From NCBI GenBank assembly GCA_036172245.1, contig JAYWIR010000002.1, positions 1,178,001 through 1,242,000 of the forward strand: 64,000 bases of DNA, read 5' to 3'. Position numbers and translations under genes: made by a program. The notes beneath the pieces were generated by a model. It was not told the DNA's origin, made no database searches, and saw only the letters and a list, made by a program, of their open reading frames with translations. Source of the DNA: Raillietiella orientalis. Lineage: Eukaryota. This document shows positions 50,400 through 62,399 of this stretch, piece after piece (position 1 is the first letter of the stretch; each line of letters starts with the position of its first letter).

Positions 50400-52800
50400 T
50401 CGCATGTGGATCGCGAAACGTCTTTTTCAGGATGGGAGTTTCCCGCCTGCGTCGCGCGAAATTCAGCAGAGTCCCACGTGTCATAGAGGGTTACCTCCCA
50501 ACGTCGCGATCAGGGAAGAGAGCAAGGCAAGTGCGGAGCCGATTGAAACGGGCAAAGGTGCTCCCGGAACACCGATTCGACATCCAAAGACACACTTTCA
50601 TTCGCGATCTTCTCCGGGTTCGCCGGGATCTATGCTCATTGCTTGGCCATTTTCTCTGAACGGAGCGCACGTCGCTACACTCGGAGGGCACAGGTACGCC
50701 AAAGCCCGGAGAACGGTTGCTGTTTTCCCACGACCCACCGGCCTCGCGACTTAGCACCAGAGCGCGCCCGCCTCGACATGCGGCCGTCGAGGAAGGAGGG
50801 CGCGCGACCTTTGGGAGACCGGAGCAGCACGCTGCTCCGTTGCTAACAGATGGGCGATCGTCTCAGAGTTCGCACAAAGGCTGTTGCGCTGCATTGCTCT
50901 CCAGAGGCGAAAGTTACGCCGAAGAGCGCGTCTGTGTGCTGTGTGAAGCGAGCGAAGCGCTGAGAATGGAGACTCCTCCCTCAACTCGTGTAGTCCTCTT
51001 CGTCCTTAGAGGCAGTTCCGATCCAGGTTTTCCTGTGGAAGGCGCCGGGGGATTCGAGAACTTTGAGACGATCGCGTCCGCGGCATGGCAGGCGCGCCAA
51101 TGCCGAGGAGCCGCCGTGACATTAGCCGGAAGCGAGGGTTGCTCCAGATTTCCGTTTTCCGGGAAGAGAAGGAGTAGGAAAAGAGCCGTACGAGCTGGTG
51201 TCCAGAATCCACTCTTGCAGCCGAAGCCGTCGCGAGCAGTTGATTGCAGCCTGGTCATGGATCGAAGTGTGCCGCCTCCGTCATGTGTTTCCACGTGGGC
51301 TGCAGGCATGCTCTGGCTGAAGGCAACCCGGGTGATGGTGGGATCCAGGAGCGCAGCGTGTGGTTCCAGGGTTGCTCGATTCAGGCTGTATCCGGCTGTT
51401 CTGAATTCTCCACAGACCTCGCTGCACGGATACAATTGCTCGGGGAATCCGAGATTCCTTTCGCGTTCTTGTTGCTCCGCGTCACCCGGAAACGGCAACG
51501 GACGTTCCGCGCACATCGCGGACGCTAGGGAGCTTGGCTTGCAGCGCTCCTCTTCCTCTGGATTTTCACGCAAAGGACAAATCCCTGATTCCAAGGATCA
51601 CTTCGCACGATCTCCTGCGGCCACTCTGGCCTTCCACTGCTGGTTTCCATTACTGCTAAGGCGACCTCCCACAAAGGTCATCATCTCCGACCGAACATTT
51701 GCCTTCGCAATCTTCGGAGCAGCACAGTGGGATTTCTGTGACGTCGCAACGATGTGTCCGGATCGCGCTTCCCCGACTTTCCCTGCAGCTGAACGGATCT
51801 CCGACTATCTTTGCTTTAGAGACACGCCCTACCTGGCGCCGCCCTTTGAGAAGATCCCCCACTCCGCGGTCATCGGATTGCGAGCTGCCTCTTGCGAGGA
51901 CTCGACGCGGTAGATTTGGCGGGAGCAGTGCTTCGAGGCTCCTGCGCGTTGCGACGCTCTCCTCCGGAACGAGCGTCCAAGGAAACGCTCCAGGTGGCAT
52001 ACCGAGCGATTCACCCGCTCCGCGCATTCGGCGTCATCCCGATCGTGTTCGTTTCCTTGCCGAAGAACGGAAGGAGACTGCATTCAGGAACCTTCCCTAC
52101 ATGATGACCAGGAAGGGCGATCGTGGAAGGGTGATGGTGGTGACCACTCATCCCCGCGGATCGGAATGGCCATGGGTGGCTCATCAAAGACGGAACCATG
52201 AAACGAGGAGAAACGATACGCCTGGGGCTTTTGGAAGCATTCGTCTCCCCAAGAATCGCTCCCGGGCGAGTGATGCGACCCCGAAACGGCCTCTGGGATC
52301 CTCGCGATTTCACCCGTTCTACGCCGCAAGCGAAGCGCTTCCTTTCAGGAGGCAGCACGGAATCAGGACGTCGAGGCCGGGGGGTTCTGTCAATGGGGGA
52401 GAGTCAAGCATCATCGTGACGCCCCTCCGCATGCATCGATGGCTCCTCCCGGGGAAGCGACTGCGCGCTTTGAACCGCGGAAGGGCACAGGCGGCACCAG
52501 GAGGACTGGAGGAATTCGCCAACAGCAGGTGGCGTGCTTGCCGTCGATCAGCACGGGAATGAACCTTGCCCTCATGCATCCAGAGCCAGGAAGGAGGACA
52601 TTTCCGCCTCCGTTTTCCCGGGTGCGCCGTTGCGACGAGCAGGCAGGGGTGCTCCCCTCGCAGGACCGAGCTGCGAGGGGCTTGCGATCCGAACCGAGTG
52701 GCGACACCAACTCGCCAAGCGGAATGGTCGCAGTTTAGAAAAAAAGGGAGCAGCGGTGCGCATCGGACGGGCGTCAATTCTGCCGCCCTTCTCGCGGAAG
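50400..52800 (-). mobile_element. Decayed Utopia/NeSL-like element (RT remnant to REL domain)
   Basis: HAALLDPTITRVA, GFWTPARTA and FSALRSLHTAH...LCANSETIAHLL occur in the same order as in the 9865-11330 copy. Confidence 0.55.
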
Positions 52801-53299
52801 AGCGCACGTTCCGTCACCTCGCTGACGAAGGACTCACCTGATGAGAAAAACTCAAGGAGCTCTACCACGGCGTGATTGTCACAGAGGATTCTTCACTGAT
52901 CTTTGAGGTGCAGGAAGCGCTGGCTGCAAGAGTAGATATATGAGAAATGGGAGCACCTTCCAGCTGTTCAGGTGGTTGCTGTGTTCATGCTCTTCGAAAC
53001 AGAAAGAGTGCGTGTTGTGTGCATTTGCATAAAATTTCGATTTGTCCGTGCGCCATCGGCGGACACGTGCACACAGGTTGTAGAAGCTGACAGCAGATCA
53101 GGGAGTTGTAATTGAATTGGGATGTCTGCGACTCTGACATTGCCAGCAGATGTTCCGCTTCGGAGGACGAGCACGTTGACAAAGAGAGTATCCACGAGTC
53201 GGAGAGGACCCTACCGTGGGAAAAGTGGGATGCTTGCGGTTGCGCTGAGCTGGAGGTGCCTGCCTGCGACGTGCGCACCCGCCGTGCGGGGCAGAGGTC

Positions 53300-54550
53300 T
53301 TCTCCTCCTTTCATACCCATGCGCGCGACTAGCTGCTCCCGAGATCCCTGGACGTCACTTTCTTACGCGCACGGCTAACCCGATAGAGGGGGGGGGGCTT
53401 GTAACTATTTGCTGCGTGTGTCCGCATCTCCATATCGGTGCCTCTCGCGTGGCCGTTGCTGCCGCCACGTAGCTCCAGCTGACCGCCACTGGAGCAGTCG
53501 CCGGGCCGTTTCCATATCTCCCGCTCTTCCCGCCTGGGAGGACTTCCTCACCGGAGACCCCACCATGCGCGAGTAGCCGTGGTTCCCCATCACGCTAACG
53601 AAGCGCCTACCTAACGCGCGCAGCAGCACACTTGACCGCACTCCCGCAGTAGAAGGTGATACGCCTAGCAACCTGAGGACGCGCACCGCTGTCGGCTGGA
53701 GTGCCGATCGAAGGACGACCTCTCGGAAAGAGCCATCGTCTTCTTCACCGAGAACCTTGAGCCGACCTGGAACGTCGGGACGGTGGCGAGAAGACGCTCC
53801 CGCGCGCATTCGTTGTCTTCAGCCCGGTCAAAACTCCGGGACGTTCCTGCATGATAAGGAAGCACATGTCCACGTGTTCTGAGGGCACGAACCACGCAGG
53901 TTGGTAGCTAAGACAAGGACGGCCCTCCATACGGAGGGGATGAGCGCACGGCGCGGGATCAAAGTGGATACGCGGCATAGGCGCAAACCGTGGGCGCAAA
54001 CGCTTATCGTTCCCAGGAAATCAGGGCGGGGGGAAAGGAGGAGGGGAAGCCGTCCGGTTTGTTTGCTGTGTCTTTCTTGAATGAAACGTTCCTGCAATAC
54101 GGGAGGCGTCCTCTGTGATTTCGAGACGGAGGCAAGACCACCTGACTTCCCTCCACACCGTGGATGGGATCGGGCGACTGACCAGCAGTCCTCCGTTGCG
54201 GCCGTCGCACCGTAGCTTGGCGATTCCGGACGGCTGCACGGATGCAGCGCGGTGTCGCCAGCGGGCTGGCGGTCGGCAGTCCTTCCGGTGTGAGAAAACG
54301 CCGAAGAAGCCGCCGAGGGATGTCCTCCGAAAGCAGGAGAGCTACTCTTATTGGTTGCCATCCCTTGTTGGAGGAACTTGCAGTTCGGAAGCACCTGCAG
54401 GGAGTTCCAAAACATCCCGGGAACGCTCCTTCTCGTCTGGTGATGTCTGCGATGGTCGTAAGGGAAGAGGATCCACCTCGTGTTACCACCGGTGCCGCAG
54501 TGGTTGTAGCTGAAAGGGCTCGAACACCGCGACGGGTTTTCAAGAGTGTC
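53300..54550 (-). mobile_element. Possible N-terminal region of a Utopia/NeSL-like element
   Basis: WILFP / FPGC...KGWQPIRVALL resembles the N-terminal L.FP...C..PGC...W...SL.RH motif. GC-rich and decayed. Confidence 0.35.
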
Positions 54551-54614
54551 ACTGCTGCTTGTCCAAATGGTTAACTCTATGTCCCGAGATTTCAGCTCCG
54601 GAGAAGCCTGGTGC

Positions 54615-55500
54615 CTGCGTCGGAGGCTACATGGCCACGATCTCCGCGCGTGGCACCAGGCGTCGCGGGTTCGAATCGGTTTCGGAAAGAATCGACACCG
54701 AGAGACGAGGAGAGATGCCATGGGTTCGAGTTCCTCCCGCAAGATGACGCTGGTTACTCATCTTCGGGTGCCGCATCGATGGTGGTTAAAACCGAATGCC
54801 TCGGATGAGTGGCCGGGATTGGGAGTCGACCCTCCAGGTCTTTCCAGGAAACAGAATCAGGAATTTCGGTTCTCTTCAGGGGTCCCCTCCGTTTGCGCAT
54901 AGCAGCGGACTCCCATTTTTCTTCAATGGAGTCCTCCGCCTGGATGGATATTTATCTCTTTCCAGAGTACAAAGGAGTGTGCCGCTCCCTTCGGGGAGCG
55001 TTCTTCTGAGAAATTTCGGAAGCGTCCTTGCCAGGTTCCCTTCAGAAGGGGGAAACCAGGATCGGTTCCCTTTTGCGGGTTCCCTCCGGAGATAAAAAAT
55101 AGAACAGTCCTCTTCAGGGTCCCCTTCAAAGACAACTAGGGTGGAGGGTTCCTTTCGAGAATCCCTCCCTAGGCGTGAGAGGAACGGACTCACTTCCCCG
55201 GAGCTCTTTCTGGATCCATAGGGCAGTTCCCTTTCGGGATACAGTCTATCTTGAAGAGTCATACGCACCCTCGGGTGGAGTGGAACAGAGTGAAAGAGCT
55301 GTGTGAGCCTCCAGACGCTTGACGGTTCCTGAGGACTCAGCGACCCCCAAAAATGAAAACCTGGAAGAAAAAAAAAAAAAAAGCTGGAAGGAAAAACAAC
55401 GAAGATAGAAAAGAACCCCAGACGGATCTCCATCATCGCTCGAACGTGCTGCCATTCCTGTGGCATGAGAAGGCGCGTCTTCACCACCAGGGTTATGCCT
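54615..55500 (+). mobile_element. Composite element copy A: tRNA-derived head + hairpin array + antisense LINE-like 3' end
   Basis: Colinear homology with 57526-58610. B-box GGTTCGAATC at 54668; perfect GCTCCC-TTCG-GGGAGC hairpin at 54984-54999; A-rich tract at 55350-55415. Confidence 0.7.
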
Positions 55501-55639
55501 TTCCGTATGAGTTCCAGCGTCTCACGGTCCTCTGCTTCGATGGGAGTTTGTGGTCTTCCGCTAAGGGCTTACCTACGTAGTTCTGCACTCGGTGGTTCGA
55601 AGGGTGCCCTATTAGTCTGCGTCTGGTAACTGTCGCGCT

Positions 55640-57525
55640 CAAGTTTGAGAGGGGCACCACACTGCCAACGTATCAGACTTGTTGTTGCACTCTCTAGAAA
55701 TGCGGTTTTCTTGGCTGACAGTCAAGGCCCTACCACATTCCATGACGAGCTGTGGGGAGGAGCGCATTTGCCGGGAAGAGGCTCTTCTAAGAGGGAAGCG
55801 AAATTCAGGAACTGAGTTCCTGATATCCTTAGACGGTCTGTCTTGCACTTGGCGGTTCCTTTGATCTCGCATAGGAGATCGCTTCCATATATCTGGGCAG
55901 CTGAAAGTGCCATAATCTTCGCTCTCCGCATCCTGCATTTGGTTTGCGATGAATTAGGAATCTTACTAGCCGTCATCTTTTTTTATCCACCACGGGATAC
56001 TGGTGGCAATTGCCTGCACCAGTGCTTTTCACACGAGGAATGAGGAAGCCGGAAATTGCTGCAAGACGGAAGGTTCTCTATACCGAATTGCGGCAAGTGG
56101 ACCTTGGTCCGTAGACTTCCGTTTCACTTCTGCCCTTGTCCAAGTTACTTGCAGACATCTCCATGATCTCGATCTATTCGCTGGAGCAAACTTCATCACG
56201 TGAGCGATGCAAAGCTCACTCCGTACACGATTCATGTGTACTCGTGGTAAGTAAGGTAACCGTGGGCAGATACGAAGCGTAGAAGATAAAGTTCACAACG
56301 GAAGTTCTCTGCCTTTTTCGTGGCTTTCGTGCCTCACATCCTCGCTTTGTACTCTTCCGTTTTCATGTCTATCCTTATTTCTGATTCTATTTTATTCCGT
56401 ACCAGTAGAAAGACCACTCTGGAAACATTCGATCGTTCCGATGCCCGTCCGTGAATGCAAAAGTCTGCACCTCTTTCCGTCATCAAAACTCAGGTTTCTT
56501 GGGATTCATCTTTGGTCTTTTATCCATTCCAAGTTTGCATCCTTGCCTTTCGTGAACGGATTGAAAGGAGCGGGTTGCCATCGGCAGCGTCTCCCGACAG
56601 CTTTTTCCGAATGCATCCTGCTTGTGCCACACGAACTTTTGCAGATCCTGTTTCTGGGTAAAGCTCTCACAGCAGTGAGCGTTTGTCGCTGGACCACCGC
56701 CACATCTTGCAGGAGGAAGACTGGCGCACACACATTCGCTCCGGAGGAAAGACCATTTCGCAAAGACAGTCTTCCGCTATCGAAAGACTCAAGCGCGTCT
56801 TGCTGCATCCAGCCCCCAGTGGCCATCCAGAAACTGCTTGCGAAACTCGAAAGTTCTCATCCGGGCTCGTCACAGATTCAGCAGGAAGCAGTAGCTCTCA
56901 GAAGCCGCCATCGGAGTGAACCAGAAGTTCACGTTCCCTTTTCGAACAGGGCTGTCATAAGCACGCTTGTATCTATGGACGATTATCCACATGTCGATAC
57001 GCACGGATACCGGTCCAAACGTATCATGGTGTGTGAAATTGATCGGAAAAGTGGGCAAGGATGCCTCGGTTGGAATGATCCTTTCTGGAACTGCTCTTCA
57101 TTTTGTGACCGGGACCGGTTTGATGAGATGCTCACTTTCGCAGTCCAGTTAGTGGAGTTGAGAAGTCTGTTCTTGCTCTCCCAAGATTAATTTTGATGCC
57201 AATGGAATCGATCTCGATTGGTGTTCCTGGTTTTCCGTTGAAAATTCTAGAGAATTCGGGAGGTGCTCCGAGGCACCCCAGTCTCCGAGACAAGCGTGCG
57301 GATGTGCAACAGACTTAGCTCTCTACAGGGAATCTCCAAACCTAGGAATTTCCGCCGCTTTGATTCTGCATCGCGGCGTTCCTGCTGCTGAATGGGAAAG
57401 AAGGACCGAGCTCTGCGCCTGCTATGGAATTCTGTAAACATTTGCTCTTGAGCTCTTTATTTCCAGTACAGGGTACCAGAGCCTCCGTACAAAAACGAGA
57501 TTCCGCATTCTTGGTCAGATGAGCC
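55640..57525 (-). mobile_element. BEL/Pao LTR retrotransposon pol, 3' part (RT, RNase H, integrase), decayed
   Basis: GISFL, RSFFPIQ..ERRDA..RKFL, GLRK*AS (LRKWASN motif, 57126-57146), AASESY, CSKTRLS, QKFV and the integrase-proximal LLEEPLP...VVGP. Confidence 0.65.
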
Positions 57526-57595
57526 CTCGTCGGAGGCCTTGTGGTTAAGGCTTCCGCGCGTGGCACCATGCGTCGCGGGTTCGAATACTTCGGCA
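57526..57595 (+). promoter_or_regulatory. tRNA-derived (Glu/Asp-like) pseudo-tRNA head with Pol III A and B boxes
   Basis: AGGCCTTGTGG (57534-57544) and GGTTCGAATAC (57578-57588) at tRNA spacing. GTGGTTAAGGCTTCCGCGCGTGGCACC..CGTCGCGGGTTCGAAT resembles tRNA-Glu, but the acceptor and anticodon stems do not pair. Confidence 0.65.
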
Positions 57596-57729
57596 GAAAC
57601 TCTGACGCCACTGCGTCGTCGGGTTCCGAGTTTCTCCTGCAATGGCGCTGGTTGGCCGATGACATTCGGGCGTGGCACCGGTGGTCGTTTAAGCCGGAGG
57701 CCCCTGATGGAGGCCGGAACAATGGGAAA

Positions 57730-58310
57730 TTGACCTTCGGGTCTTCTTAGGAATAAAGGAGTGGGAGTTCTCCCTCCGGTCGTACAACGGAGAGCGAACC
57801 CCCTCACCGGGGGACCCCTCCGGTTTCAAGATGGAGCAAGGAGCCCTCACGGGCACCTCTCCAGTTTCTCAAAGGAGTGGACCCCCCTGTTGGGGGATCC
57901 CTCCGAGTCGTCGCCTCTTCACAGAGTGTGCACAAGGAAGCAAGCGAGAGCGATTCCCTGCGGGAAGCTGCAGCGCCCCTTCTGAGTTTCGGAAGCGTCC
58001 CTTCGGGGTTCTCTTCAGAGGAGTGAACAGGAGTGGTTCCCTTGCGGTCCCTCCGGAGAAGAAATTCCTACAAGCGGATCCTTTCCGGGTTCCCTTCGGA
58101 GAAGTTGAAATGAAGAGGACCACCCTCCATTACGAGGGTGTCCCTCCGGAGAGAACGAGGAAGGAGATTCTCTTCGGGGTTCCCCTTCGGAGACAACCAG
58201 GGTTGGAGGTGCGATCCCCCCGTCTGGGGGTCCCTCCCCAAGCGTGAGAGGAACAGACTCCGAGCCTTTCCTGGATTCATAGGGCGGACCCCATTCCGAG
58301 GTGCCCCCTA
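57730..58310 (+). repeat. Array of ~10-12 degenerate hairpin units, period ~40-45 bp
   Basis: Unit = GAG(C/T)GGA-stem-loop-stem-CCCT(C/T)CGGAG plus a variable purine-rich spacer, starting near 57796, 57841, 57879, 57950, 57995, 58031, 58073, 58115, 58161, 58206 and 58282. Confidence 0.8.
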
Positions 58311-59030
58311 TCCTGAAGAATATTACACTGAAGAAGTACACGCCCCCCTGTGGGTTGCCGCGGGCGGAGAGACGTGGAAACAAAACAGTGTGTTAATGTT
58401 TAAAAAGAGCCACGTGCGCCGCGAGGCACGCGACCGACTTTTGACCTTACTTAGCGAACCAAAAAAAAGAAAACTCTTAAAAAAAAAGCTGAAAGAAAAA
58501 CAGCATGCAGAAGAAAAAAGAACCCAAGGATTTCCATCGTCGACGATGCGTGCACGTGCGCAAGTCCGCCTACAGGACCAACGTGAGGTGTGTCCTTGCA
58601 ACGAGCGCGTCCGAGTCCCATCCGTTTCCTGAGGAGCGAAGTGACCAGGCTTCCATCCCGGAACAAAAGGATCCACCCTCACCACTGAGCCGTAGCAGAT
58701 ATGCAAGATCCGGACGCTTTCAGGCGTCCGGATCTCACGGGTTCCCTTTCCTTTCCAGTACAGACTTTCCTTCGGGTAGATACTTTGCATTTCTGGGCAG
58801 GGCGATTGTGGAAAGCATTCGTGCCGTCCACGCTCCCTTACGATCACGATCTCCCGCATCAGGGTGCTGCAAACTGCTTGGTCTGCAACAGATTTTCGAT
58901 GTGCTCCGGGCAAGCCGAGCATTCCAACTCTCCCTTCGCACCTAGGAATGCCCTTTCCCCTTCCCCGTGTTTGTTCAGGTCGCAGCCTGATCTCGTGTTG
59001 CACACACTGCAGGCGTGCTGCTCTCTCTCG

Positions 59031-60700
59031 GATCCGAAGTTTCTTTTTCACCCCAGTGCGTGAGGACCTCTGTCTTCCGGAGAACTGTGAATGGAAATTC
59101 TTGAGCTCTTGGACGTACTCCACGAGATTGATCTTTTTTACTAAGAAGAAGCTGAGATATCATCTTCTTGCGCTTGGCAAGCGTTAGGGAAAAAGGGCGC
59201 GCGATGGGAGAGATTTCTTGATTTGATTATCATGCAGATGGTCAGCAACCAACCCAAGGAGTAGTCGCGAGATCTTCGCGTGAAAAGCGTTACCTTGAAT
59301 CGTTCGTCTCCAGCACGCCTTGCTCTCCCATTCATGCAATCTCACATCTGCTTTCTGAATTCCCCACTCTTCCCGATCCCCAAGCGTAGTGTGGGACGGA
59401 CGCCTGGCGCACTTTCCTTAGCAATTGGCAACAGTGTCAAAATTTAATTAAGGAGCACCGTGTCGTTTGAAAATTTCCATGAATAACTCACAAGGCGGGA
59501 GTCAATGACTTCGGGCTCTCATAGCAAAGATGATTCCGATGGATTGATTTGCAAGTTTTTAATTGCACTTAATTGGAATCGTCAGGGCTGATCATCATCG
59601 TGCTGGATGTGGAACGTTCCTTTTTGTCCACAATGCAGATCTGATCTTTTTTCTCTTGCTTCCATCGGTGAGCTTACTGGTGACCTGCGCTCCGTCTTCT
59701 CTTCTGATCGGAAAAATTCCTGACCCGCCCACCACGAGTGCAAGCGCGCTCAGAAGGCGTCGAGTTCTTCGTGGCAGGAAGGCATTATCCATCTCCCCCA
59801 TTCTTCGAAACGGAAATCAATGACTGTTACATGTCGGGAAGTATCGGATGCATCCGCAAGACATCCCAATTCACTTCCGATGCACCGAAGGCGGTCATCT
59901 TTGAGGACGATCGCATTCTTCGACAAGAAATCAGCGAGTGGAATGCAGGTGAAATCATGGCTGGTCCAGAAAATGCAAGCAGTGGTTTATTTTATTTAGT
60001 CCCTTTAGAAGAGTCAAACTTTCACTACGGGGGGAATCCACGCGGTTCCTCGTTTGGTTTGTTCGCTACTGATCCATCGTTTCTTGGATAAAGTGCGCAT
60101 CTGCTTTCCTCAGGGAGCGTTCCTGGGTTCAAGGATTCCTTCCCCTTTTCAGCCGATACCAAACTACCAAAGCAAACGGGGAAGGAGGCAAACGGTCGTT
60201 CCGAGGAACCTACGAGGAGGCAAAGGGTCAGATTGGTATCTTCTGCGTTACTCAACGTATTCAGTCAGGCGCGTGCGCCCCGGTGCGTCGAATACGTGTC
60301 TGCAACATCCGTGCGAACGGGAAAAAATGGGTCCAGCAGATATGCAAGGTCACACTTTCCGACGAAATGTTCCTTCCGTATTTCCAGTGAAACGTGCAAA
60401 TTTCCCAGAAAACCTGGCGGCGAGCGGCTTTTTAGGAAAATGGAGAAGTCCAGCACAGGGTTCGAGGCTGGAGCAAGGCCTTTGCAGCAGCATCGTGGAA
60501 CACTCTGTGGCAAATGGGTGCAAAATTCCCGGTAGCGTTCAGCTTGATGTGTTACGGAAAAAGTGGAGTTCGCTCTGAGCAAGCCTTCCTCGACTGCTGG
60601 TGATGAAGGAATGCGTTGAATCACTCTACCCATCCCTTGTCTCGCACCAACGTCCCAGACGCTTTCCGTGTTTGAGGACTTTTCCGTTCCGTTACAGTGC
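59031..60700 (-). mobile_element. BEL/Pao element, 5' part (gag Zn-knuckle, protease, pre-RT), decayed
   Basis: DERFKVTLF..RDYSLG resembles DGRY.V.LP.K...LG. EYVQEL..PH.GVKKKLRI immediately precedes the insertion. Cys/His-rich remnants near 59900-60100. Confidence 0.55.
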
Positions 60701-62399
60701 TTTCTCGTGCTGCCAGCAGCTCCTCGCTCTGCTCACCTCTCCTACATCTGATTTCTCTTGTGAATTCTCGCTATGATCCACAATAGGAATTTGCCGCATC
60801 CCAAGTCTGCATCCATGAGAGTGTTGCAGGGGATTGTGAAAGGAACATGTGGTCGCGTTTGAGGTGGTGGAGAATGCCGGTTGCGTCGGCCAAATTCGGT
60901 AAATGGGAACGCCAGGGAGGCTCGTGACGCGTGCACGCTGGGTTCATCTTACAGAAGTCCGCAGCGAGAACGAATGCTTCCGGAATGATCGTGGTTGTTT
61001 CCGATGGCAGTTGCGGTTGCCGAAACGAGGTGGATTATTCGAGAGACGATTCTCCAAATCTGAATCCGAACTTGCAGCCCCACGCATGAAGGAAAAGAAC
61101 CCAGTGTGGAAATGCAGTGAGTAGCAGCAGGAATCGGCACATTCTGATACCGGAAGAGATTGACAACAGCAAAGAGGCTGCTCGTTTCCATGAAAATATT
61201 CGCATTCATGACACCTGATGCAGCTGCAGAAACAAGATGCTATGTTTCGTCTTCCTGCACCTCACGTGATCCATGAAACGGCCCTGAGGGATGCTGTTGT
61301 GAGCAGTGTTCTCGAAGCTGGATGTCCTCTTTTCCGAAGGCTCAGGAGGGCTGCAGGAGGGGAAAAGAGTATCGGAAATGGAATGCTGATGTGCTGCGAA
61401 TCGCTGCAGTTTTCGCCGCGAAAGCTCTCATCGGATGCTTTTCGGGAGTCTGAATTTTTGGTGACATCTACTGAGAATTGGCTCCCCGTAGCAGTGGATG
61501 CCGAAGAATGAACCTTCCTGGAGCACGTTCGTAAGTCAAGCAGACACGTGGTAGCAGATCGAGTGAGGGGATTGTAGAAAACATTCAGAAGTTTTCAGAT
61601 GTTTCTGAGATGGACGCATTTTTACTCAGAGATCGAGAACGCAATGAGCCGTCTCACGCGTAAAACGGATCGCTGACGTTTGGGCGAGGAATTTGCAGAT
61701 GCTGGATTCTCTTCCCTGGTTTCGAGAGCACCGATGCATCTCTTATTAAACTGATAGATAAACTGAGGTTCAACTCGGATGACATGCCATCCTTTCAAAA
61801 ACTACGAGTGTATTGAACTTGCAGTGCTTGCTTACAGGCGTCTAAACGCCCTTCACTTCGAAGCAGTTCTTGTTTTCGGCCATGATTGTTTGTTGTTTAC
61901 AAACTATCCTAATGGAAGGCATTTTCCAGCTACTCGGCAATCCGTCTGATCTCTTCGTCTCCTCCTCCTGGCGAGGCGTTGCTATGAGAATACATTTGTT
62001 GCAGCATGCCTTTTCCTATGCTCAAATACTGAAGTGCTCAGCCCTTTTACTAGGGATTTCTAGTGGCACAGTAGTTTTCCGGTGTTCATGAACGTAAGGA
62101 TCCTTGATCGTATCCATGCAGGCACTCCTTTGGTGGCGGAACTGAAACCCGATTCTTGGCATCTCCTCTCATGGTGGTCCTGTTCTCTCTTCGCTGATGA
62201 TTGACGACTTCTTGGCGCGAGCAATTGGAGTGTTAGCACTCTTCCATCAACCTGGAGCATCAGGAGCAGTCGTATTTTGGAAAATATTGCTGGAATGGGT
62301 GGATTCGAGGCTATCAGCCCCTAATTTTTCTGGACAACCTAGATCTGGGTTAGTGGTTCATCATGCTTGTACGTTATCATATTTGAGCTCCAAATGCAA

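Larger units (their letters stand above)
57526..59030 (+). mobile_element. Composite element copy B: tRNA-derived head + hairpin array + antisense LINE-like 3' end, inserted in the BEL ORF
   Basis: Homologous to copy A. The minus strand of 58530-59030 resembles a zf-RVT/ORF2 end (…ARIVDDGNPWVLF). BEL reading frame lies on both sides. Confidence 0.7.

Noticed and set aside
50717-52562. Long plus-strand ORFs (398 aa, 287 aa) as genes
   Set aside because: No recognisable domain; they are GC-rich antisense frames of a decayed retrotransposon.
52821-52865. Hammerhead ribozyme (CTGATGAG...CTC)
   Set aside because: It lacks the GAAA core after stem II and is better explained as the reverse complement of a splice donor.
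57526-57595. Functional tRNA gene
   Set aside because: A and B boxes are present, but the acceptor and anticodon stems cannot be paired into a cloverleaf.
57730-58310. CRISPR array
   Set aside because: The repeat/spacer look is superficial: units are degenerate, spacers are short and purine-biased, no cas genes are present and the context is eukaryotic.
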